Sequence record: SRR22947725_833
Reading direction: 5' to 3' (one strand)
DNA: 42,272 bases
The notes beneath the pieces were generated by a model that saw only the letters and a program-made list of their open reading frames with translations, was not told the DNA's origin and searched no databases. This document shows, piece by piece, positions 27,400 through 36,016 of this stretch. How positions within the stretch are numbered: position 1 is the first letter of the stretch; each line of letters opens with the position of its first letter. The translations under genes were made by a program, and so were the position numbers.

Positions 27400-29157
27400 T
27401 TAACTTTTTTTCTTCGTAAGCTCTTCAATTTTTCCATCCTTCATTCGGTAAATTCGATCACAATATCTCAACGTAGAGGCGCGATGTGCAATATAAATTA
27501 CAGTAATATGGTTTCTTAATTTATTTATTTCTTTAATTATTTCTGATTCTGTTTCTTCGTCGAGAGAGCTTGTAGCTTCATCTAATACCAGAATTTTACG
27601 TTTAAAATAAAGAGCTCTAGCTAAAACCATCCTTTGTCTCTGCCCACCCGAAAGTAGGATGCCTTGCTCGCCCATCGATGAGTCTAACCCTTCAGGTAAT
27701 AAGTCAATAACAGAAATTAAATTAGATCTAGTTATGGCTTCAGATAAGCGCGTGTCGTTAATAAGACTAGGATCTTCGCCAAGAGCTATGTTTTCTTTTA
27801 TAGATCCATCAATAAAGAAAAGTTCTTGCGGAATATAAGCTACCTCGTCCCATAATACAGTGGGATCTTCATAAAGTGAAACACCATCCAGTTTAATATC
27901 TCCTTCATCAGGTGAGAGCAAACCTAATAAAACGTTAAGTAATGTCGTCTTTCCTGAACCAGAAGAACCAATAATCCCTATAGAATCTCCATTTTTAATT
28001 TTCAAATCAATACTCTTTAAGATTTTTCTATCTGATTTAGGATATGTGTAGCTTATACCTTGAAGATTTATTTCTTTAAGACTGTCTTTCCGACTTTTAT
28101 TTATGCGTGTAGAGTTAGTTTTATCGTTAATAGTGGTCTTAATTAAATCAAGCTCTTTTAAGTCAATCGTAAGTTTGTTTACGGTATCTTTGTAGAAATG
28201 TATTCTGTTTAATACTGTGGATAAATTTCTTGCCATTGGTAGCATTCTTACTGCAACAACCCCATATAAACCAAGCGTAAAGACTAATGTATCTGACTGC
28301 CCCTCTAAGAAAAATGTGGAAATAGCTAAAAAAACAACAAATATAATTATTGTAGTTTCAAGAATATATTTTGGTAATAACCCGTAGAAAACTAAGTAAA
28401 CCTGTGTGTTGGCAAAGCCTTTTGCGCTATCAACCAAACGGGTGTGAAAGTATTTTTCTTGACCCAATAGACGTATCTCTCTTAGACCCTTAAGTGCCTC
28501 AGTTGTATATTGAATGATCTCTCCTGAGGTACTATTTGCTTCACGCCCGTAGGTTAGTAGTTTATTTCTGACAAAAAGGTTATAGCACGAAATACTAACT
28601 CCCAAGAGTATGGCCATTAAGAAAAATGCAAATGGGTTTACCCAGATTAATAAAGTTACAATAAATAATGATAAAATTAACTCTCCTAAACTCTGGAGAA
28701 TGAGCATGATCAGGGTTGAGAAATTTGGTACTAAAACTTGAATTGAATTTATATAGTCAGAGCTATTTCTGTACATATAAAGGTTGTAAGGAAGACCTTG
28801 GTAAGAAGCGAGTAGAATATCACGCAATCTGATTTGCTGAAATTGGCTAAATTCGATCACCTTTCTTGATAGCCAAGCAGACACTATAGATTTACTAACG
28901 TACAATATTATTACACAAAAACCAACCATAATCATCTTAGATTGTATATCCAAAGCTAGTAACTTTTCTGGGAAAATGGATAAAACAAAAACAGGTATGG
29001 GGAAGTCACCACCAGTCACAATTCCCAGAAAAGGGCCGACCATTCCCAAACCAATCAAGTCAAACATTGAAATGAAAACAAACATCCAAAAAATCCTCGG
29101 CAATTTTTTACGAGAATCACCTAAAAGGAAAATAAAATTTTTATAATATGATAGCAA
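27400..29157 (-). CDS. ABC transporter, fused permease/ATPase (PglK/MsbA-like glycan flippase)
   Basis: N-terminal TM domain, Walker A GSSGSGKTT, LSGGQRQR, VLDEATSSLD and IAHR. Confidence 0.92.
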   Translation of the reverse strand: MLSYYKNFIFLLGDSRKKLPRIFWMFVFISMFDLIGLGMVGPFLGIVTGGDFPIPVFVLSIFPEKLLALDIQSKMIMVGFCVIILYVSKSIVSAWLSRKVIEFSQFQQIRLRDILLASYQGLPYNLYMYRNSSDYINSIQVLVPNFSTLIMLILQSLGELILSLFIVTLLIWVNPFAFFLMAILLGVSISCYNLFVRNKLLTYGREANSTSGEIIQYTTEALKGLREIRLLGQEKYFHTRLVDSAKGFANTQVYLVFYGLLPKYILETTIIIFVVFLAISTFFLEGQSDTLVFTLGLYGVVAVRMLPMARNLSTVLNRIHFYKDTVNKLTIDLKELDLIKTTINDKTNSTRINKSRKDSLKEINLQGISYTYPKSDRKILKSIDLKIKNGDSIGIIGSSGSGKTTLLNVLLGLLSPDEGDIKLDGVSLYEDPTVLWDEVAYIPQELFFIDGSIKENIALGEDPSLINDTRLSEAITRSNLISVIDLLPEGLDSSMGEQGILLSGGQRQRMVLARALYFKRKILVLDEATSSLDEETESEIIKEINKLRNHITVIYIAHRASTLRYCDRIYRMKDGKIEELTKKKS

Positions 29158-29273
29158 AAGTTATTTCCTCACAACATTATGGTAACTACCGACAAACTCT
29201 TATCTCAATTATTTTAAGCCTCATTAAAGTTTTGAATTAAAAATAATAAATTACCCAAAAATAATTTTTAATC

Positions 29274-29861
29274 TCACTCCCAAAAGCTAGGGTTTTTTGT
29301 ACATATAGCATCAAACTCTAACTTACCTTCAATAATAGATTGCCGAATATTTTCACCTTCAATTAACAAATCTTGACCCTGCAACTCGGGTGAAACCAAA
29401 CATAGTTTAAATCCCATATTTTTTAAATTTTTATTTTGCTCCGAAGTTAATGTAAACCTGTCGAAACTATCTATCCAAACCCAATCTACTTTACCAGTGA
29501 GAGACATTACCGTCTCTATAGATTCGAAATCAGAGTATCGAACTGCAGTTCTTTTCTCATTTGTACGCATCAATTTCATCAAAAAAGGGAATGACTGATC
29601 TAAAAAGAAGAAATTAGTAATATTTCTTTTCTTAAACTCTTTAAGGACTCTACCTTCCAGACCTTCTTCTTTTACATTTGCAATTATAGTCTTGTGATCA
29701 AAATATTTTAACCAATTACGTAAGCTTTCACCACATTGAAAAGGATCATGGTGAAGAATTAATTCATCTCCATATGTCCTTATATCAACTTCAACACCAT
29801 ATTTTTTACCAACAAGCTTTAGCTGTTGAGTAGTATTTACTTTATGTAAAATTATTTGCAT
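29274..29861 (-). CDS. PI-PLC/glycerophosphodiester phosphodiesterase-like protein
   Basis: ILHKVN, GVEVDIR, LHHDP, NVKEEG, WVWIDSF, LVSPELQG and DAICT. Confidence 0.78.
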   Translation of the reverse strand: MQIILHKVNTTQQLKLVGKKYGVEVDIRTYGDELILHHDPFQCGESLRNWLKYFDHKTIIANVKEEGLEGRVLKEFKKRNITNFFFLDQSFPFLMKLMRTNEKRTAVRYSDFESIETVMSLTGKVDWVWIDSFDRFTLTSEQNKNLKNMGFKLCLVSPELQGQDLLIEGENIRQSIIEGKLEFDAICTKNPSFWE

Positions 29862-30192
29862 ACGAATCCCAAAATTAACTAAGTATAATCTTTCTGTGTT
29901 CGAAAGAAAATAAGGCCTTCACAAATATTACTCGATATCTTTTTTTTTGGTAAACTGAATAGTTTATGGTGGTATAAAGCGGTGAAAAGTACTGAATAAG
30001 AAATTAAACTTACATTTTTTATATAGCTTTTAAAAACCTATTTAAGTTCTTCACGAATCACATATTTCAACAAAAAATAATTTATCAATAATAAACGGGT
30101 CAGGTCACTTCAATTATTTGAAAAAAAGATCGCTTGTGTTAATTCTAATATTGATTTTGACAACAATAGTTTTGTCAATGATAGAAATTCTT

Positions 30193-30330
30193 CTACTTTA
30201 CTTGTACCGTTTTCAAATAGAAATTGGTGCTTAACACTTCGTCGTACTTCATTGATTTAGGATAAGATACAGAAAAGGAATTTCTTAAATGTGCACCTGT
30301 TACTGTCACCATTCCCCTTTGCTTCAACAT
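30193..30330 (-). pseudogene. Degenerate IS3-family transposase (OrfB integrase core) fragment
   Basis: Manual translation MLKQRGMVTVTGAHLRNSFSVSYPKSMKYDEV keeps the exact spacing of the recalled IS3 motif GAWRDNVFVERLWKSVKYEEV, but the catalytic Glu is lost. Confidence 0.5.
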
Positions 30331-30496
30331 GTTGTCATCTTTTAAAAAAAAGACAACAAGAACTTATAAAATAGCCCAGTCATTTTTTGCAACTTGATTG
30401 AGTAGAAAAAGGTCTAAAGGTTGGAGGAAGATCTTCATTTTAGTTACCTCAAAATGAACTCTGGTAAATATTAAAGATAAATGAAATAAATAAATA

Positions 30497-31105
30497 TTGT
30501 CGTATAGTTTAGAAAAATTTTTAAGAATGAAAAACATAACTAATCCAAATGCAATAGATGACATTAAACTAATTATATTTGATGTTGATGGTGTGCTGAC
30601 AGATGGAAAAAAAACATACGACACCAAAGGACAAAAAATATCTAAATCTTTTGGTGATCTGGATTTCACAGCAATAAAAATATTACAATCTTTTGGTTTT
30701 AAAGTTGTTTGGCTCTCTGGAGACGAAGTTGTTAATGAACCGTTAGCCGTCATCAAGAGTATACCTTTTTATTGTACTCGGCTTTCTGATGGTAGCAATC
30801 AAGATAAAATTTTACTGCTTCCTAGTATATTAAATTTTTTTTCTCTTTCAAAAGAGCAAGTTTGGTTTGTTGGAGATGATATATTCGACTTAAATATAAT
30901 TAGAAATGTTGGCTTTTCCTCCTGCCCAGCAAATGCCTCTTTCTTGGTCAAGCGAGAAGTAGATTTAGTTCACAATAGTAAATCCGGAGAAAGCGTGGCC
31001 TCAGAAATATTAGAACTACTATTTGACCACCATCAATTCCGTGATGTTAATATACCTAGCATATTAGAAAATCAAAACAAAGAGGGTCAAAGGAACAAAA
31101 AATAG
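30497..31105 (+). CDS. kdsC: KdsC-like HAD phosphatase (ulosonate-phosphate phosphatase)
   Basis: IFDVDGVLTDG, KSFGDLD, LSG, DK, VGDDIFD and CPANA. Alternative ATG at 30527. Confidence 0.8.
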   Translation: MSYSLEKFLRMKNITNPNAIDDIKLIIFDVDGVLTDGKKTYDTKGQKISKSFGDLDFTAIKILQSFGFKVVWLSGDEVVNEPLAVIKSIPFYCTRLSDGSNQDKILLLPSILNFFSLSKEQVWFVGDDIFDLNIIRNVGFSSCPANASFLVKREVDLVHNSKSGESVASEILELLFDHHQFRDVNIPSILENQNKEGQRNKK

Positions 31106-31208
31106 TATCTTGAACTCAATACTATATCAAAAAACCGTATTCATACTCTAACATACACCCAAGCACTACAAGGGTTTCAAATGTAGGCTGTTAGATACTT
31201 TAAGATAG

Positions 31209-31231
31209 AAAAACCTAAAATAGGTTTTTTT
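31209..31231 (+). terminator. Possible intrinsic (bidirectional) terminator between convergent genes
   Basis: aaaaaccta-aaa-taggttttt hairpin with a T run on one side and an A run on the other. The stem is weak and AT-rich. Confidence 0.35.
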
Positions 31232-31260
31232 GGAAAGACAATAATTTATATTTCTTAGCG

Positions 31261-31560
31261 ATAGTAGAAACACTGTTCGGCTTAAAACTGAGATGCGAGT
31301 ATTATTCTACTCACTGCCGATGAAACTATATTACCAACACTAAAGGGCCCAAGGTCTGAGGCGGACACCTCACCCTGGTTTTGAATACTCTGACCCGGCG
31401 TTTTAATTCTTAACATTGGAGGTCAAAAAAATACCTCAGTCTTAAGGAATTACCTAGATATCTGTGTTACAGAACCTTTAACAAGTAGGGTTATCTAAAG
31501 TTAGAATCATAGCACCAGAAACTAATGTGCCTATCCACAGAAGTCTTATTTGCATGGGGG
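31261..31560 (+). mobile_element. Highly degenerate IS3-family (IS407-group-like) transposase C-terminal relic
   Basis: Collinear, frameshifted peptide remnants G-KLR-E, FYSL, NTKGP and APETNVPI (31512 onward) resemble the recalled OrfB tail GKLRDE...IFYSL...HYNTKRPH...PAPETIVPM. The stretch is locally richer in GC. Confidence 0.4.
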
Positions 31561-31760
31561 TACTTTGATAACCAAGAAAGACCTTGAACCACAAAAATAC
31601 GCTGCCTATGATATTCTTTCCTTCCGAAACTCCCTTCTCAAAACCCTTTTATTTTTCAAAAGAAAAAATATTTTAGGAGAATAGAGCTCAATACGGCTTT
31701 TATTATTATAGCTAATAGTCTAAAATATGTGGAACTCTACCTAAATATTACCACTATTTA

Positions 31761-33320
31761 CTATATTGGAGTAAAATAATCTTCCCAGTATTCAAATATC
31801 TGTAATTCAAATGGATCTCCAAAACTGATCCACTGATCAACTTCAAATGTTACGAATTTTAATCCCTTAGATAACAGATAATTAATTGAATTACCCACAT
31901 AATGCTCTCCATTTACTTTTATATCATTTTGGATTGTATAGTGTGCGGTCTCTAAAAAATTTTCTGCTCGCCTAAACCAAAATGTACCCAAAACAAGTGG
32001 GTCATTATTTGGAGTTTGACTAATCACCTTTTTTTCTACTATTTCACTAACCGTACCATCTTCGTTCGTAATGCAGTAGGCAAATGCCTCAGGATTCTTC
32101 ACCGGGATATTCCCTGTTTTTGTTACCCAGATAGCTCCATCAATGGACAAATCTAATAATATCGAGTCCCATTTTTTGTCATTATAAACTACTCGATAAT
32201 CACAAGATGTTATAAACATTTCTGCAGAAATGCACATTCTGTTTTCTGCCAATAAACAAGTAGCAGCTTGACCTGAAGTTTCACTTTTAACTTCAATTAA
32301 TTCAAAGGACCCATCGATATTATGGAAAAGCTTTGCTAGGTCATATTTACCACCATCATTTGCTCTAACAAGTATGAGGTATTGGTCCTGTTTTGGAATC
32401 GAGTCAATCGCGTGTAAAATCATAGGCTTGTCTTGTACAGTAATAAGCGGCTTACTAACTCTATAACCATAACTAGAAAACCTAGTACCCTTCCCCGCCA
32501 TGGGAATTAATGCCAATTTAAGATTTTTTTCCTGCGATCTAGATTTTGGTAAATAGGTTTTTTTAAAGTATTTGTCCCAAAAATTATACTGTTCATAATC
32601 ACTTGGAGTACCCAAACAAATAAATTTAGAAACCTCTGTTACTAATACATTAAGTTTATCCCTAACCATAAAATTGTAGAGAAGACTTACGTACGCTTCT
32701 TTTACATCACTAGGCATATTTTTGAGTAGCTCGTCAGCATAATGGTCAAATGTTTTTTTATCCCTAAAATAATAAATTCCAGCAGACGCGGGTTCATTTT
32801 GCCTTTCATTAGTGAACGATTTCTTTTCTTTCAATTCCAGCATATCGTTATGGGCATTAGTTTTCATATAAGCAAAGTATGTTGTTCCAAAAGATGCTGG
32901 GTGGAAACCTTTAAACGATGGGATTGCACCATCATAACTCACAACCTTTTCTAAAAAATACCTAAAATTCCATTCAACAATAAAATCACAATAACAGATT
33001 ATTATTGGATCGTCTGGGTTTAAGTCAGTTACCTTCCTTACAGAGAGTACGGGCCCAATTTCATGAGGTTCTATTACCGTTATTGTAGATTTTAATACCA
33101 AACTTTTAAGGAAGTTTATAAGGTTTGAATCTTCATTTACTTGGCTCAAGTTAACAACAAAATGGAATTCACATAAGTTTCCATCAAACATATCTAAAAC
33201 ATGTTCTATCATTGTTTTTTCGCCAACAGGTAATAAAGCCTTGGGTCCTGTATAACCTAATTGATGGAATCTACGCGAGTGACCACACAAAGGTATTATT
33301 ACATTTATTAAATTCACCAT
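31761..33320 (-). CDS. Tandem two-domain sugar-phosphate nucleotidyltransferase
   Basis: Domain 1: IIPLCGHSRRF..GY..PKALL, CYCD, LGTPSDY. Domain 2 from about 32520: LIPMAGKGTRF..GY..SKPLI, GQAATC, TSCD, EIVEK, VNGEHYV, FGDPFEL. Confidence 0.88.
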   Translation of the reverse strand: MVNLINVIIPLCGHSRRFHQLGYTGPKALLPVGEKTMIEHVLDMFDGNLCEFHFVVNLSQVNEDSNLINFLKSLVLKSTITVIEPHEIGPVLSVRKVTDLNPDDPIIICYCDFIVEWNFRYFLEKVVSYDGAIPSFKGFHPASFGTTYFAYMKTNAHNDMLELKEKKSFTNERQNEPASAGIYYFRDKKTFDHYADELLKNMPSDVKEAYVSLLYNFMVRDKLNVLVTEVSKFICLGTPSDYEQYNFWDKYFKKTYLPKSRSQEKNLKLALIPMAGKGTRFSSYGYRVSKPLITVQDKPMILHAIDSIPKQDQYLILVRANDGGKYDLAKLFHNIDGSFELIEVKSETSGQAATCLLAENRMCISAEMFITSCDYRVVYNDKKWDSILLDLSIDGAIWVTKTGNIPVKNPEAFAYCITNEDGTVSEIVEKKVISQTPNNDPLVLGTFWFRRAENFLETAHYTIQNDIKVNGEHYVGNSINYLLSKGLKFVTFEVDQWISFGDPFELQIFEYWEDYFTPI

Positions 33321-33333
33321 GGCTTTCTTATTT

Positions 33334-34254
33334 CTACTGCAAAACTATTTCACGCCAATAATCGACTGACTCTTTGAGTACTTCAACAACTGTTGAGTCT
33401 GATGGTTCACGCTCTCTAAAACTTAACTCCAATATTAATTCTATTGGCTGATCTGTGTTTTCTTTTATCGTAGAAATAACCTTTTCAGGGATTATGCGTC
33501 CCAATTTATTGTTCTCTTTTGTAAACGGCCAATGACCTGATTTATTCTCTGAGCTTTGTTTTAAATGAATTAGCGGTGATTCATGACAAAACTCTTTCAA
33601 CCATACGTAAGGATCAGTATCATCTTTATTTTCAGACATTATATTTCCATGATCAACATCCAAGCACAGTTTGAAAGGTAATGGCGCATTATCATTGACA
33701 TCTTTCTGTAATCTCTGCGTTTCTAATAATGTTTCACCTTGCTCTCTACTGATAGACATTGGCTCCCAAGTCAAATATTGAAGCCCTTTTTGTTTGGCAT
33801 AATCAGCTATTTCGTGCCAACCTTCAATATTTTGGCGTCGTCGTTCGTTTCGACGTGAAAGACTGGTTTCATCAAATTTTGTAAATATTCCGAAATGACT
33901 GCCCATAGAAGTACAACCAAGGTCAACAGATAAATCAACAAATTTTTTAAACCATAAAATCCAATACTTCCTTATTTCAGGGTTAGGATGAGCCAGATGA
34001 TTCACCCGAGTGAAGGCTCCAGTAAAACTACTATTTATTTTTACATTATATTTTTTACAGTTTTTCAATATAGCTTTTGTTTCACTAATAATAATATCTG
34101 CTGGTAAACTAACATTTAGCATGTCCGCAGTTATTTGCGCATATCTTAGGCCTAAACTATCTCCAACTATACGAATCCACTCTTCGTGCTCAGAATAACG
34201 GTTCACTGCAAACCCAGTATTAATACCCAATGAAAATTGATGTGGTTTCTTCAT
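33334..34254 (-). CDS. eryC: EryC-like D-erythrulose-1-phosphate 3-epimerase family TIM-barrel protein
   Basis: VNR, RVNHLAHP, WEPMSISREQGET, DVDHG, DPYVW, SPLIHLKQS, GHWPFT and LELSFREREP are collinear with Brucella/rhizobial EryC as recalled. Confidence 0.75.
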   Translation of the reverse strand: MKKPHQFSLGINTGFAVNRYSEHEEWIRIVGDSLGLRYAQITADMLNVSLPADIIISETKAILKNCKKYNVKINSSFTGAFTRVNHLAHPNPEIRKYWILWFKKFVDLSVDLGCTSMGSHFGIFTKFDETSLSRRNERRRQNIEGWHEIADYAKQKGLQYLTWEPMSISREQGETLLETQRLQKDVNDNAPLPFKLCLDVDHGNIMSENKDDTDPYVWLKEFCHESPLIHLKQSSENKSGHWPFTKENNKLGRIIPEKVISTIKENTDQPIELILELSFREREPSDSTVVEVLKESVDYWREIVLQ

Positions 34255-34256
34255 CT

Positions 34257-34970
34257 CTAATATTCCCGGTTACTCAAACCAATATCTATACTTTTTCTCA
34301 TATTTTTAATAGAATTTTCTAAATCTCCATCCGGAAGAAATAGCCCAGAAGAGCCCCCTACCAAAATATCTGCACCAGCTGCAACCATACCAGGAATATG
34401 CTCTAAACTGACATTTCCATCAACAGATATCTTTGTGTCAACTTTCATTTCATTTATTCGTTTACGTAAATCAGAAATTTTTCTTATACATTGCTTAACA
34501 ATTTTTTGTCCCTTAAATCCAGGGTTAACAGTCATTATTATTACCAAATCTACCTCTTCTAAAATATAATCTAGGGCTTCTAGAGCTGTCCCTGGGTTTA
34601 TGGCTACACCAACTTTTGCACCCATACGTCTTATTTTTACTAAATCTCTATGCAGGTTACGGCAACACTCCTGATGAATGGTAAAAGTATCGTTAGGAGA
34701 TACTGAAAAGTTGTCAAAAATTGACGAGGGCTCTTCCACCATAAGATGATAGTCAGATGGAATTTTAGTAACCGCTCTAAAAGTATCTATAATACTACTA
34801 CCCATAGTGAAATCTGGAGCAAAGCGCCCATCCACTACATCCCAATGCAGGTAATCAATATCCATCTTTTCCAGTAAATCTAGCTGGACCTTTGCTTGCA
34901 ACCAGTCGATACACATCATAGAGGCAGAGATCGCAACAGTATTTTGCTTTATTTTATCCTCTTTTTTCAT
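34257..34970 (-). CDS. rpe: Ribulose-phosphate 3-epimerase family protein (Rpe/AlsE-like)
   Basis: SASMMC, HWDVVDGRFAP, DYHLMV, TIHQE, AINPGT, MTVNPGFKGQ, VDGNV and VGGSSGLF (AlsE-like). Confidence 0.85.
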   Translation of the reverse strand: MKKEDKIKQNTVAISASMMCIDWLQAKVQLDLLEKMDIDYLHWDVVDGRFAPDFTMGSSIIDTFRAVTKIPSDYHLMVEEPSSIFDNFSVSPNDTFTIHQECCRNLHRDLVKIRRMGAKVGVAINPGTALEALDYILEEVDLVIIMTVNPGFKGQKIVKQCIRKISDLRKRINEMKVDTKISVDGNVSLEHIPGMVAAGADILVGGSSGLFLPDGDLENSIKNMRKSIDIGLSNREY

Positions 34971-36016
34971 GGTTTTATTACCACTTTACATGCTTTACCA
35001 CTTTCAGCTAATTTAAATGCTTTATTAATATCTTTTAATGGATACTCGTGTGTTATTAAGTCGTTTAATTCGATACTCTTATCTTCAATTAGTTTAAGAG
35101 CCTGTGCGTGCTGGGCTGGTGTTGAGCCATGTGACCCAGTAACATAAAACTGCCTATAATGAATATGATTTGATAGTAATGATAAAGGTTTTTCGTATTT
35201 ACCAATACCACCGAATAGGTTTATTACACCGTTCTTTGCTACGATTTTCACTGCATCTTTGTGAGCCTCTAACGAAGGACAAGCAGTGAAAACAATATCT
35301 GCTTCTCCCACGCCTAAAGAGCCTGAAAATTGTTCTAAACTTGTTTTTTCATCTATTCGATCTAAAACAAGGTCTGGTGCAAACTTTTTGGCTATCTGAC
35401 GACGAAACTTTGAAGGTTCAATAATCGTACTATGCTCAATTCCATAGAGTGCTTTTCCTAAAGCTAATAACATTAAGCCTATGGGCCCAGCACCAAATAT
35501 AACGAGTTTTTTTGGCTTCTTTATCGGAGCTAATGCCTGTTCATAACCGTTTATACAGCAAGCCAGAGGTTCTGCCAAAGCTGCTAGGTTCCATTCTAAT
35601 TCGGTACCAAATTTTTGTAATGGCCCATACTTTACAATCAGTGGATCTAAAATCATGTATTGACTAAAACCACCATCAAATTGATAGCCAATCGCTAAAT
35701 TCATTTCACAACTATTAGGAAGCCCCTCATTACAATAACTACATTGTCCACAAGGGATATCAGCACCTGTTGAAACTCTATCATTTACAGAATAATTTGT
35801 TACCCCTTTTCCAACCTCCACTACTCGTCCTGCAATCTCATGACCTAAAACTCGGGGTGTCTTTATTCTCTTTTGACCCTCCCTCATGGTCCGTAAATCT
35901 GATCCACAAATTGCGCACGCCATAACTTCAATTACTATAGTGCCAGGAAGAGCCTTAGGAGATTTCTTTTCTACTAACTCCAGTTGGTTTACCCCATTAA
36001 AAACTGCTGCAATCAT
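34967..36016 (-). CDS. Zn-dependent medium-chain polyol dehydrogenase (L-iditol 2-dehydrogenase-like)
   Basis: ICGSD, GHEIAG, CGQCSYC...C, EPLACC and GAGPIG. Confidence 0.92.
   Translation of the reverse strand: MIAAVFNGVNQLELVEKKSPKALPGTIVIEVMACAICGSDLRTMREGQKRIKTPRVLGHEIAGRVVEVGKGVTNYSVNDRVSTGADIPCGQCSYCNEGLPNSCEMNLAIGYQFDGGFSQYMILDPLIVKYGPLQKFGTELEWNLAALAEPLACCINGYEQALAPIKKPKKLVIFGAGPIGLMLLALGKALYGIEHSTIIEPSKFRRQIAKKFAPDLVLDRIDEKTSLEQFSGSLGVGEADIVFTACPSLEAHKDAVKIVAKNGVINLFGGIGKYEKPLSLLSNHIHYRQFYVTGSHGSTPAQHAQALKLIEDKSIELNDLITHEYPLKDINKAFKLAESGKACKVVIKP

Noticed and set aside
29186-29193. ops-like GTCGGTAG on the minus strand upstream of the ABC transporter operon
   Set aside because: One mismatch in an 8-mer, no JUMPStart context, and no evidence that the host has RfaH.
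30325-30358. caacatgttg palindrome and an imperfect tgttg...tctttt/aaaaga...caaca hairpin
   Set aside because: Weak and AT-rich, it overlaps the IS relic, and no function can be supported.
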